The notes under the pieces are model-generated. The model was not told the origin of the DNA. It did not search any database and was given only the letters and a program-made list of their open reading frames with translations. Below are positions 13,637 to 25,689 of a stretch of DNA of 64,000 nt, in pieces (the stretch's first letter is position 1; every line of letters begins with the position of its first letter). This DNA is from Bispira polyomma (taxonomy: Eukaryota), in NCBI GenBank assembly GCA_965649765.1, contig OZ287760.1, positions 25,978,001 through 26,042,000 on the forward strand, in the 5' to 3' direction. Position numbers and translations under genes: made by a program.

Positions 13637-14784
13637 CTCTATCTCTATAGTGTGACTATACAATTCTAAGACATATTTCTGTTATTAACTGTCTGCCCCT
13701 GTACCTAAAACGATTGACCACTAAAACATATATTAGAGTTAAATTGAAGGTACCCAGTCACAAATCTAATAAATGTCCTTTGAGTAGACAAGAATAAGCT
13801 ATATAATCGCAGAAGACACATGTAGATATAATCCATTATAGAGTTTGACCAGGGTTTACACACATACACAATACACGCTGTATATATCCATATAGTTTTA
13901 ATGTACTATAAAATATATAAGCTTAAATTTTGGTCCTTTTTAAAGACCAACTTTCTTCAATGATCTAAACACATGTACAAAACAAGTGTTATCAACCAAG
14001 CTGACACAATATGTATGTTATGTTATGTTTGTGTAGGCAGACGAAAACACTTCTTAATGTATGCAAATTTATGTCAGCTAATTTGAATTTCTCTTCTGTC
14101 ATACATCTATATTATCTCTGTAGCCTGTACTGTGGGCTTCTTTGACAGGAAGAAACACAATAATATTCAATACTAGAGTAAGAAAAATTATCTTTTTTTT
14201 TTTTTTTTTTTTTGGAGATCATTATTTATTCAACAGGTCGACATCTTGTCTCAAAACTGTCTGCAAATTCAATAAAAACACATTTTTTTTTTAAATTACA
14301 ATTTATTTACGTCCAAAAGAAGGCTACTTAGACAAACACACTGGACAAAAACCTCATGGTCCTATTATTAGTCAACACGATGGTGATATGAGCTTCCCCC
14401 CCCCCCCAACTCCCCATATATAGCCATCATGTGCTCTTCACATGTACAGATAAAACTGTATACGACAGTTAAAAGTCCGGTCAAAGTTTAGTAGTTTGTT
14501 GAACCAAACACCAGAAGGCCACGGTACACACATTTTTATCAGGCACAGTTGGATTGGGCTGGGCTAAACTGAGGGGGTGTCAGATTTATTGTGATATCAG
14601 GCCTGGGGCATAAGTAATATATTGACCATATAAACGTTAGTGTAATTCACACTGTGTGCCTGTGTCTTATTTTTAAAAAGACAGCTCTTGTTCATTATGG
14701 GATCTCAACATCATAAACGTACAAAGGAAGATTCTACACATTTATTATGACACTGTTTACTAGTGATTAGACTAAACAGCCAGA

Positions 14785-15032
14785 GGCCCGTATTCACAAA
14801 AGGTCTTAGTCTTAACTCAGTCTTTAGCTTCAGATTTTGGGCTTTGATTTTGGCCGTAAATGTTCAGATTTTGGTCTCTTAGTCCCACTGACCCAGTAAG
14901 AAAAGGTCTTTGGTTAGTGTTAATTTTTTGCACTTAACACTAAGATTTAACAGTAGGCAGTCTTAAATATTTGAGACATAAATGTTAAGCTCACGACTAA
15001 GTTGAGACAATGACCTATTGTGGATACGGCCC
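14785..15032. mobile_element. ~250-bp Harbinger-type MITE
   Basis: TIRs GGCCCGTATTCACAAAAGG / CCTATTGTGGATACGGCC with CAG near both ends. Related fragments at 12980, 37625-37745 and 50505-50720. Confidence 0.8.
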
Positions 15033-15113
15033 CAGGATGTTTTAGATAGGATCTAAATATTTATATAGTATTGTTGATTGTAATTAACCTATTATAAATG
15101 TAAATTTACTTAA

Positions 15114-15420
15114 AGTGGGGGTTCCACAGTCAAGTTCGATCGCCAAAACGTCCCTAAAAATTGTAAAAAATCCACTTTTTGGGCGGGAAAATGAAAATGT
15201 GCCCTGACCTTGCCGATCAAACTGATTGCGCCCCGTTACGACAGGCCCGCGATCCTGATCGTACGTAAAGGCTGTACGACTTTGAACTCCATTAACCCCA
15301 GACCTCGATAAGATCAAACTTATTGGCGATAGGATCTGACGTATTGGCTTAGGATCAAACATATTGACTGTAGGATGTGACGTATCTGTCATCCAGACCA
15401 ATAGGATCAAACTTTCCAAA
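15114..15420 (+). mobile_element. Left end (TIR plus subterminal GATC-rich repeats) of a PIF/Harbinger element
   Basis: TAA|AGTGGGGGTTCCACAGTCAAGTTCGATCG lies directly upstream of the transposase and is homologous to the reverse complement of the right end of the MITE at 51208-52061. Confidence 0.8.
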
Positions 15421-15594
15421 AAATAAATGCTTTCAGACCCTATAAGTACCCTTTTTGAGCCCTAAAACTCAGAAATTTTTGAGTAATAAGGTCATTAATG
15501 ATTGAGTACAATGCCAGGAAGAAGTGATGAAGATTTTTTGAGAAGACTAGGGATAATTTTAGTTGTTTTTTTTGAGATTGAAATATAACTTCTA

Positions 15595-16670
15595 ATGTTT
15601 ATATTACAACATGAGAAAGACAAGGCCCAGGCTCAGGCTCAGGAAGAATTGAACCCAACAGCACTATGTGCCCCTTGGGCTCCCCCGGAGAAGATTAGAC
15701 TTCCACGTATGTCACCCATCCACTGGGTCAAGCCTTGGATCAGTCAGAGAGAGGCCCAAGGCTACTACACAAACTTAATGCCGGAGCTAGAGGAAGGGGG
15801 TGCACCCGCATACAGGAATTTTTTCAGGCTACCACCTGATATATTTGAAGAAATCAAAGGGAGGATAACACCCCATGTGAAAAGATCAACAACTTGGTAT
15901 AGAAAGCCCTTGGATGTTGGACTGAAACTGGCTGTAACTTTGAGTCACCTGTCCACTAGGGAGAGCTACAGTTTCCTGTCGTACCTGTTCAGGGTGGGGA
16001 AATCAACTATTACCAAGTTTATACCACAAGCGTGCAAGGCCATCATCAAGGAGTACCAGGTTGAAACTCTAGCCTGCCCAACCACCCCCGCTGAGTGGCT
16101 GAAACCGAAGGAAGTTTTCACAACCAGATGGAATGTCCCTCATGCTGTGGGATCTATTGACGGGAAGCACGTGGCCATCAAGAAGCCTCCCAAGGCTGGG
16201 AGTGAATTTTACAACTACAAAGGCTTCCACTCCATTGTCCTGTTTGCCCTGGTTGATGCAGACTACAGATTTATTTGGGTGGACATTGGCTGCAGTGGTT
16301 CCTGTTCAGACACCCAAATTTTCAACCACTCAGAGCTCAAGCAGAAGATAGACGATGGATCCATTGGGCTGCCCATACCTGCACCACTGTTTGAGGGGAT
16401 TACTTTTCTGCTGGGGGATGACGCCTCTGCCCTGAAAACGTGGATGATGAAACCCTACTCAAGGAGGGCACCTATGAACAGAGAATTTGTAACTACAGGA
16501 TATCCAGGGGAAGGCGGGTGGTGGAGAACGGTTTTTTTGATTTTGACCAGTCGTTTCCACCTATTACTAACGACGATGCAACAACACCCCCTAGTGGCCT
16601 CAAATCTGACATTGACATGTGTCATATTACATAATATACTGAGGAGCCGGTGTGGAAATCCAGCACTAGA
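15595..16670 (+). pseudogene. PIF/Harbinger DDE transposase (HARBI1-like), nearly complete, frameshifted near 16470 and 16535
   Basis: WVKPWI, YRNFFRL, KLAVTL, GSIDGKHVAIKKP, YNYKGFHSIVLFALVDADYRFIWVDIG, FLLGDDASAL, WMMKPYS; NYRISRGRRVVENGF lies in another frame; CVILHNIL returns to the first frame. Confidence 0.95.
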
Positions 16671-17363
16671 GCACCCTAAAAAGTTGTGTGACCCCTTATT
16701 AGGAAGGTCACAATCTCAGGATTTTTTATTTTGTCTACAAAAAAAATTTTCATTTCACCACTGCAAAAATCTATCTTTAACAAAAGCTTCTCAATTGCTT
16801 TTCTACCAAATCATTTCTGGATTATTTGTTTCCAAAATTATTTCTCAAAAGACAACGCATGTGAGCATAGGGTGAATGTATCTCAATTTAGTTCTCACTG
16901 GGATATTTAGCACAGACTTTGTATTGTTTTTTCTTTTTTAAACAATTTTTTACCGTTATTGTCTGCCATTATTTAACAGAAAATTTACTATGGGGATGGG
17001 GAGTTGATATCTCAATTTAGTACTTGGTACTTGGGCAATTTTGGGAGGTTTTCTTTTCTATTTTTCCTATTCTCAGTCAAAATTTACCAAACAGGGACAT
17101 CTTTTACTTTACAAGTTGGACATTCACAAACAATTATTAGGAGGGGGGGGGGTGATAAGTAAGTTTTGTCTGTATGAGTGTTATTTGTTTTGTGTGGCTA
17201 AAATAATCTGTTCGCGCTAATGATTGGGGCTTTTTGTTTGGACAATAATAAATTTTTTTGTCTGTATGTGTGTATTTTTTTTTAATTTTTGTAATCTGTT
17301 TGTTTGGAATAATATTTAGGACTTTTCATTTTTTTTTATTATATTTTATTTTGTTAAAGATAA

Positions 17364-17428
17364 TACCTTAACTGGGCTGAGACCGGGATCTGGATGTCCA
17401 CAGATTGGGTCTCAGCCCAGTTAAGGTA
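17364..17428. other. 65-bp hairpin with a perfect 21-bp stem (mini-MITE with TA flanks?)
   Basis: TACCTTAACTGGGCTGAGACC (17364-17384) is the exact reverse complement of 17408-17428. Confidence 0.85.
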
Positions 17429-17469
17429 CAATATTTATTGGTGGGAGGATCCCTTGAATGTCATCGCTC

Positions 17470-18930
17470 CGACACTTGGGGGGACATCTAAACAATTTGA
17501 CCGTTAGTTGCAATAGTCAAGGCTAGAAAGAGGCTTACATATAAACCTTCTCTAGTGTTACTTGCACTGAAAGCTTTCCAAAACCAGGTTCAGAATCAAA
17601 GGCTTCTTATAGCCACAGACAATTCACCCGCTGTATCTTATCTCAACAAGCAGAGAGGCACACAATCCCTCGAGATGTGTCTCTTGGTTTGGCGGATGCT
17701 TGCCTGCTGCAATCCCAGCCAGATCCGGGTTTGGGCCTATTATGTACAGGGATCATGGAACGTGATAGCCATCAGTCTCTCTCACAGGAAAAAGACAGAC
17801 AGACTGAGTGATCTTTACATCCAGAGATGTTCAAGCTCCTATGTCAGAGTATAGATTATACAAACCTCAGATACAAACCTCAGATCGACCTATTTGCGAC
17901 CTATCAAAACCACAAGCTTCCTCTGTATGTGTCACCAATCCCAGATGTCCATGCGCTAGAAATAGATGCATTGAACATCTCTTGTTATGCTTATTGTTCA
18001 GTAACCCTCTTGCTCAAGCTAGTTAAAAAAAGTTTGACTTACCAGTGTTAAATGATGGTCTTAGCCCCAGGATGGCTGGGAATGACCTGGTTCTGGGATC
18101 TGGTAGACCTATCGCCCAGACCACCATTTCTCATACCTCAGTGGTCTCATCTTCTAAAGCAACTGTCCGGCCTCTAATACCACCAAAATATGCAATATCT
18201 GAAACTTCATGTCTGGATACTAAAGATTGGCAAACAGACTCCAGTGTTCAAGATCAGTGGAAGAACGAATTAAGGCACCTCAGAGACCATCCTTTAGACG
18301 AGTGCATGAATCAAGTTGGGTCTTATTTGAACAATGGGCCACAGAGAATACGGTGGTCGGCTCCTCAGCTGCTATAGTCCACATGGCAGATTTTTTCTTG
18401 CTGATTTTGTTTCAAAATCGAAATTTCAAACCTGCAACTATGGCTGGCTATCGCACAGCTATTGCAGATCACTTGGGCTCCAAAGGATAGTCAAAAATAG
18501 ATTTCTAGTCAGCTTTTATAGGGACAAACCTGTGAAGGGTAGGGACATACCTACTTGGGATCTGTCATTGGTACTGTTAGCTTTGACCAAGCCTTCTTTT
18601 AAACATATGAAAGAGGCTTCTTTGAAAATGGTTACCTTCAAACCCCTATTTCTTATGGCCCTGGTCTCAGGGAAGAGAAGAGGTGAAATTCATGCTTGGA
18701 CCTTTTTGTCACTCAAAGATAATCCACATTGGTCTGCGGTTACTGTATCTTTATCTCCAGTATTTTTGGCCAATTACCAGTTGGCTTCTCAAGGTCTAGA
18801 CAGTTAAGCGTGTGGTCATTTCAGCTTTAAAGCCATATTTGAATGACAGCTTAAATGAGGACATCACCTTATGCCCTGTGAGGTCTCTGAGATTTTATCT
18901 CTACTGTAGTCAGGATCTCAGAAAAGGCAA
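17470..18930 (+). mobile_element. DIRS1-like tyrosine-recombinase retrotransposon fragment (RNase H, methyltransferase-like domain, YR), degenerate
   Basis: RNase H: LLIATDNSPAVSYLNKQRGT...NVIAISLS. MT-like: PQIDLFATYQNHKLPLYVSPIPD. YR: TMAGYRTAI, PTWDLSLVL, FLMALVSGKRRGEIHA, LCPVRSL. Confidence 0.9.
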
Positions 18931-18944
18931 GATGTGAAGATGCT

Positions 18945-19065
18945 AATGATTTATGTGTGTTTTCTTTTCTTTATGGGCCTCCTAGTCGTTAGTTAAGATG
19001 CACAGGCAATGATTTATGTGTGTTTCTTTTCTTTACAGACCTCGACGTTAGTTCAGATGTACAGC
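18945..19065. repeat. Two-copy ~63-bp tandem duplication
   Basis: AATGATTTATGTGTGTTT...CTTTA...CGTTAGTT.AGATG occurs twice. Confidence 0.8.
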
Positions 19066-19669
19066 ATGGGGTGTGTGTGGCACAAATCATATTTCACTGA
19101 AGAGGGAAGTTTAATAACTTCTTTGAGGTTATTTTATTACAGAGTCATGGAATATTTTACACTAAACTAAAGAATAAATCTTGTATAACATACTGGAATA
19201 AACTTTTGAAGAATTATTAGCTGCATTTTTTGTAAAAGGGGAATAACAAAAAAGGTATTGAAAATACTGGACAATACTATAGTGAACGCATCTGACCTTA
19301 TAAGGAGTTTGGGCTTTTCAGGTAAAATGTAATTCTACTATTGCTGACAGTAGAGCGACAAGGTGTTTGTATTAATTATAGACTAAGTTGTGTCCTGATA
19401 TATGTGAATGCACTGTCAAGTAACAAATCGGAAATCAAATTAAGGATGTTTAATATAATCAAACAAGACAAATGTTTATTTCATGGTATATGTTCTTTGT
19501 TTATTAAAGGAAAAAAGGTGTCTTTAATCAAATTTGTTGATAAAGCAAAAATAATGTGTGTCAGTGAAGTGTCCTTGTTAATCATTGAGGACATAGAAAA
19601 CTGATTATTTTGTCAGTGGGCATGTATATACTTTTGTCTTTTCATTGAACCAAACAGTGCTAGTGATCA

Positions 19670-20679
19670 GTCTAAGAAGAGAAATCTGAGTGAACTGTCA
19701 GAAAGCCGTGTCAGTAGCCCAGTGTTGATACCTATAAAATTATAAAAAATGAATCCTGAAGAAACAAGTAACCAGGTGGAAGAAAGTGACTAGGTACTAC
19801 AAGACTCAGGAAAGACTTTAGGTGAAAAAATTGATGAGATACTTGTTATTTTGAAAAGACACTCGATTCAAACCAATCTGGATATTAACAGTTGTCATGA
19901 TGAGAACTGCTACTTGCATTTGCGTGTTAATGAATCAGACGGTATCTTTTGTCGTCTCCCTCCAAGGTCACACATTTATATAGCTCATAGCATGGGTCAG
20001 TAAAGCAATAAACCAAGAACCATTATGGCCAGATTTCTAACTCAACGTGGCCGTGATATGGTCATAAGGAAAGCAATCTTTTAAAACTACACCTTTTGCT
20101 ATGAGTGAACAGTTACCTGGTAATGTACGTGAATGAAAAAAAGCACAGATTCTAATTCTCTTATATCTAAGACGGGAGGCTCGAGATTCTAAAGCAAACA
20201 TTAAGTTGATGAGAGACAGGCTAGTCATAAACAACAAGATAAAGTCAGAAATTTTTGAGAAGAATCCCTTGGATCCCACCATCCCTACAGGGGAGTCCAC
20301 AAATTATGATGTTATCCACTATTCAAACCCAGTTGCCATCAAAGGGAGTACATTCCAGGGATATTACTATCCCATACACTGCATGGAAAAAGCGGTTCGA
20401 GCTTTGAGAGCATTACATCAAAACAAGTCGTTGTGTAAAAGCCACCACATCATCTATGCCTTTAATTACTGCGATACTGATGGTCAACAAGTGCCAGGAT
20501 ACTCAGATGATAGTGAATGGGAAGCAAGCAGTTTCTTAAAGGTAATGCTTGACGTTAGCAAATGTTCTGATGGAATATTGATAGTGACCTGCATACACTA
20601 CGGACCAAATCTTGGTAAGCAAAGATTTCAATTGCTAAAAAGAGTTGTCCAAGAAGTTTTACTAGCAAGACCACTTTAG
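19670..20679 (+). pseudogene. LINE ORF1p-like protein (RRM/CTD-like) fused to a C-terminal IMPACT/YigZ (UPF0029) domain; disrupted
   Basis: Upstream frames read IAHSMG*SNKPRTIMARFL...RDMVIRKA / FAMSEQLPGNVRE*KKAQ...KLMRDRLVINN (ORF1p-like pattern). This runs in frame into KGSTFQG...SHHIIYAF...GYSDDSEWEAS...ILIVTCIHYGPNLGKQRF (UPF0029 pattern). Confidence 0.8.
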
Positions 20680-20689
20680 GGGCTGCTTT

Positions 20690-23600
20690 ATTTTGTGAAC
20701 TTGTTTAAGCATTTTTACATTGTTTTAGTTGCACCAAGAGTACTAAAACGCCAGCTAGTGTTCGATCAAAGAACAGGACTCCCATCAAGAAGAGAGGTGC
20801 AGTATTAGCCCGTCCAAACCCGGTAGTTCATAAGGTACCATTATCCAAAACAAATCCTAGTAACAATCTGGAGATTGCCATGTTGGCCATTCTCCAGCAT
20901 TTGGAGACAGCTAATCTAGAGATCCACCGACGGCCTGACCAGGTAGAAGCCAGAGGTAATTCTACACCACTCGCATCACTGATTATCCCGCTAAACGAGT
21001 CCATTGTGGATCTGCATCGTCAGAACATACACACCCAAGCGGGTGCTGTTTCCACCAACCCGACGGCTCAGCCAACTTTACAGCTAGCTACCGGGAATGG
21101 TAGCCGGGCAAGAGTACCAGCTAGATGAATTCGTCCCACGTGTGCACGTACTGCAGAACCTGCCAGATGTGAATGTAGCTGTCAACCTGTGACTGGCAGC
21201 ATATGATGTGCGATATCAGGTAGATACAACGTCACACAACCCCAATTTAGGTGACCAACGAAGGCTAGATTGGAGGCACAGCACGTAAGAAAATTTAATG
21301 AGTTGTCTTTATCTCAGTAGGCTGCCGGCCAGTTTACCAACGTGCAGACAACTGACGTCACCATGATGAAAGGTATGTTGAAACAGATGATTTACACGTT
21401 GCGAGATTCACACGCTCTTCTTTGGCCAGCGGTTTACGCAGCTTGGGGACACAGCATGCAAGAGGTTGAAGAAGGTTGGCTGGACTGGTCTAACCAGACG
21501 CAATGGGTGTTGAATCGCCTCAGTATGTCGCAGATGGCACTTGTGAATGGCCACTCCACGCATACTCCTCAGTATTTTAACAATGGTTCCTGCAGTCACG
21601 ACGGTGACCACAGTCTGTATAAGCACCACTGTTCATATTGTTATAAAGTGTTGAATAAAGAAAATAACCACCCCAAATTTAAATGTTTGAAAGCCAACAG
21701 TGCTAACGCCAAACCTGGCAGCTAGGATGGAGGTCGTTGATCACATGCAACTGACAGTCAACTTAATGGTAACAGAGACATGAGAGACGTAGATATAGAA
21801 ATATGTCATGTAAATTGAGATAACAATGTTTCTCATATAGTTGAAGTACACATTTGTGAAGAGTCTAAAATGTCAGAGTGTAAGTATGACTGAACGTCCG
21901 CGAGCACGAAGGATGTCCTGGTTGAGTCAGAAGATTTGCCCTTAGTGTTTGGGTCTTTTCGAGAAATCACTCACACTAAGGACATTTCTGATTCCCATAA
22001 GACCATAGGATTTATAAAAATTTCAAATAAACCATTTCATTTCACTGGACCAGACAGGGATTCGGTCACAGTTGATTCAATTCCCACTATATGTTACTTA
22101 GCAGATATTATAAGGGAAACAGGGGTGCCACAGGCAAGCTAGAATCCCTAGCACTTGCGGTTTGAAGATAGAAGCATAGGAAAATATTAGAAGCGATCAC
22201 CCAGACCAACTTCTTTGTCAATATCTCAAATTTGGTTTTCCTTTATCTTTACATAACTCACACATGTTAAAACACACTGCTATAACAAATCATCACTCGG
22301 CCCTTCAGTATACAGAGGCATTTGAGAAATACTTACAAAAAGAGAAAGACAAAAGTCCAATGTTAGGGCCTGTTTCCAACATACCAAATGCACATTATCA
22401 TTGTTCACCTCTCCTTACCAGGCCTAAGGATGTGAATGACAGGTGAGTTATATTGAATTTATCACACCGACAGGGTGCATATGTTAACCACCATGAAGAA
22501 TTTGACAACATAAATTTTGCTTTAAAATTTCCCAACATAGATGATGTAACTAAAGCCATAAATAATATTGATGATCCATTACTATTGAAGGTTGACATCG
22601 CCAGGGCCTTTAGAAACTTGCGCGTCAACCCAGTGGATGCACTCAAATTTGGTATAAAATGGAAAGATAAATATTGGACGGTGCGGTGGCGTTTGGGTGG
22701 GTGCATGGCAGTGTGGCCTTCCAGCGCTGCTCTGACGCCATAGCTGACCATATGAAAACACTAGGCTACACACTATTTTGTTACATAGATGATTACCTAT
22801 CTACTTGCTCAGAGACAAAGCTGATGAAGGTTTTCAAAAATTGTGTGATCTCTTTAATAAACTAGATCTCCCCATGAATCCAAGTAAAATATCTTCTCCT
22901 TCCAAAGAGGTTTCATATCTAGGCATAGACAACAACATTGAAACAAACACAATAAGTAGACACTCTTCTCCTTCTGCCCCCTTTTTCACTTGTCCCACTT
23001 TACCACACCATCCAATAGTGAATTCACACGTCCGATCTGCACTTGGACAAATTCTCCAGCACCTTGGAATTAACCCTTCATTCCATGGTTTCCATACTTT
23101 CCGCAGATCGGGGGCTACAGCAGCTTTAACAAAAATGTCTTAGGTCTGCCGTGTGGACATATTTGCAATTTACATCCAAAGCTGCTGCTATAGTCCCCTC
23201 CACTGTAGTACCATCCACTCTATAGTTGGGTTTGGGCTCATTTTAAAATATCATTTTACAATATTTTAATATACTTTAACCTGTATATAACCACTAACGT
23301 ATATACAGAAAATAAAACGCAAATTAGAAGCTTTTTATTTCTCCTTCCTTTTTCACTTTCACTTCACATAGGGAACTGTTACTAGCAAGACCCCTACAGC
23401 GGGCTGCTGTCATTTCCAAAAACCTGCTTTATCAATCTATTCTTGTTATTACACTCTGTCTACACCCACTAAGGTGTCAAGCAATCACAACTTGACAAAC
23501 CTCTATCCAGTAGCTTGTGAAGCCCCCCCCCCCATATGTAGCTCTTCCATTTTAAACCCAGCAGACAAGGGTAAACACGTGTACAGCAAATCCAGCCACC

Positions 23601-24544
23601 CTCCCCTTCCACCTTGTGTTAGGCATATTTCAAGCTTTCGGTTGATTTGCGGAATAAACCTACATCAAGTTTGACAAAATTTATATTCTTGCACCCTATG
23701 CACTTGCAGGGGGATTTGGGTCTGGAGACGTGTGGTGGGGGGTACTTCCTTCTTACCCCCCCCCCCCCATAAGCATCACGCCTAGGGAGCCACTGCTAGG
23801 CGAATTGGTGTCCAAGGCCCCTTTCCTTTTAATTTCTCTTGACAGGTGTACATGGGCATATTCTTTCATAATATGTTATTATTTTACAACATTCAGCAGG
23901 TCAGACGGTGGGCATGTAAGAGACACTGACAGATACCACTCTGTGCTCTGTACTATTTCACTATACAACATGATATTAAGGTCATGTGGTGAATAATTAT
24001 AATATGGGCTAGTCCTGTGACAATGTTATGACTATAAACTTGTTTTAACGGTAACATCATTCATTTGTTTATTTTACGTGTACCCTGGGCCGCGGTGGCC
24101 TAGTGGTTAGCAAGCATTGCGCTTCACAATCACTGGTCTCTCACCTCTGGGCGGCATGAGTTCAAATCCCGTCAATGCCTATGTGGGGAAAGGTGGCAGT
24201 TCCTTACTGTGGGTTGCTGGTTTCAATGCAGAACCTTGATCAACTGTATGCAATGTTTCCTCCAGCGTTTTCAACTATCGTCCCAATATAACCTAAAAAA
24301 CAGGTACTAGATTGGACGTTAAATATCCAAATTCAAAAAAAAAAATGTACATGTACCCTATTATTGGTTATACGTTTTGTCAGCTTCCCATGGGCTTATT
24401 CCTGGATGCTGCGTGGGCTCATTTTAAAATATCATTTTACAATATTTCAATATACTTTAACCTGTATAAACCCACTAACATGTACAGAAAATAAAACTTT
24501 TTATTTATACTTTCTTTTTCACTTACACTTCACATAGGAAACTG
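20690..24544 (+). mobile_element. Ngaro-like tyrosine-recombinase retrotransposon, internally deleted (gag, RT, YR tail, split direct repeat)
   Basis: gag with a Cys/His finger (YFNNGSCSHDGDHSLYKHHCSYC, to 21725). RT: HCSPLLTRPK, LLKVDIARAFRNLRVNP, FGWVHGSVAFQ, YIDDYL. RT is joined directly to the YR tail FHTFRRSGAT at ~22957. Direct repeat 23233-23378 / 24414-24544. Confidence 0.88.
24087..24347 (+). mobile_element. tRNA-derived SINE with ~12-bp TSD
   Basis: A box TGGCCTAGTGG, B box GAGTTCAAATCC, A-rich tail. TSD TACGTGTACCCT (24075-24086) / TACATGTACCCT (24348-24359). Same family as 34165. Confidence 0.92.
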
Positions 24545-25689
24545 CCTAATAATGTCTCTGTATAAACGTCATTCTCAAGATGCTCTAGACCTTGGAAACC
24601 ATTATATAATAAGTTTAAACATTCCAAGAACAATAATAACTAATTTCTTTGATAAAAGGGCATTAAATACATTCATTACATATTTAAAAGCCTACCTTAC
24701 AGACTGATTTTTTTTCAAAATACCATGACATTTACATTTGTAAATATAATCAAGAGCGAAAACCAGTTTTGCTGTATTTTTTTATTATAATCAGGTTTGC
24801 TGTGATCATTTTGATTTGATGATTTAGCATACAACTTTTTTTTATAGTGTATACACAGCTACCAAAAAAATCCATGTATGTCAGATGATGTTGATTTTTG
24901 ATTCGGTATGCTAGCATAGACTATTATTTTCCCCAGTTGTACATGTACAGCAGATGATACATATACTTAAGGATCAATATTGCAGTTTGTATGTTTTAAA
25001 TTTTATTAACTTCTGAACCTTGTTAAATTTTGAGTAGGTTTGTTAACATACGACTGTTTTTGTTTGTTTTGTTTTTTCAAGCTGTACATGTAAATAGTTT
25101 GCAGGTTATATGTAATTGAGAATAAATATTGAATCATGAACAGCTAGTAAAACAGCACTAATTTGTGATACCTTACAAACTGAATTTTGTGTTAAAAATT
25201 TTTAGTATCACATATGGTGGATATCCCATGACATAAACTATTAAACATGTGAAATTTACACAAGTTAACTCTCCCAATATTGTTCACAGTGTCATTTATT
25301 TATTTTTATTTTGATAAAACATTGATTCTGTAAATAATGCCTTAATTAAGTTATGTTAGTTTTGGTATTTTTCTTCTTTAGTATCCTTAGGTTAAGAAAT
25401 GTGTGTTTGTTTTTTTTAAAAAATGCATTAAACAGGTGCTACCTTCTTGCAATTGGTATTAAAATGAAGTGTATAAAAAAAAAATTCCACAGATATGTAG
25501 TCTTTTTTTGTGAGTTGTAGCAAGTCAATAAATGTTAAATATAAGTTACTAAGGTGGTCTTTGAAGTCATCAATCATTGAAAAAAAAAAACGGTTGAAAT
25601 AATTAGTCGATTACTCCAGTCAAAACAAAATAATTTATTGCTGCTTATTCTAGAGAATGCCATGTGTTATTACTGCAACTTTTTCCGCA

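Noticed and set aside
15595-16875. 426-aa ORF as an intact HARBI1 gene or active transposase
   Set aside because: The segment with the catalytic Glu (RRVVEN) is out of frame and the C-terminus runs into unrelated AT-rich sequence.
17870-18010. Methyltransferase-like domain as a novelty
   Set aside because: An MT-like domain after RNase H is an established feature of DIRS1-like elements.
20206-20679. Host IMPACT gene
   Set aside because: No RWD domain or introns, conserved DDGE and R..GG motifs are degraded, and the upstream sequence is ORF1-like with stops.
24087-24175. Possible tRNA genes here and at 34165, 41303 and 2930-3010
   Set aside because: A and B boxes are present, but there is no proper cloverleaf; they continue into SINE bodies, two of them with TSDs.
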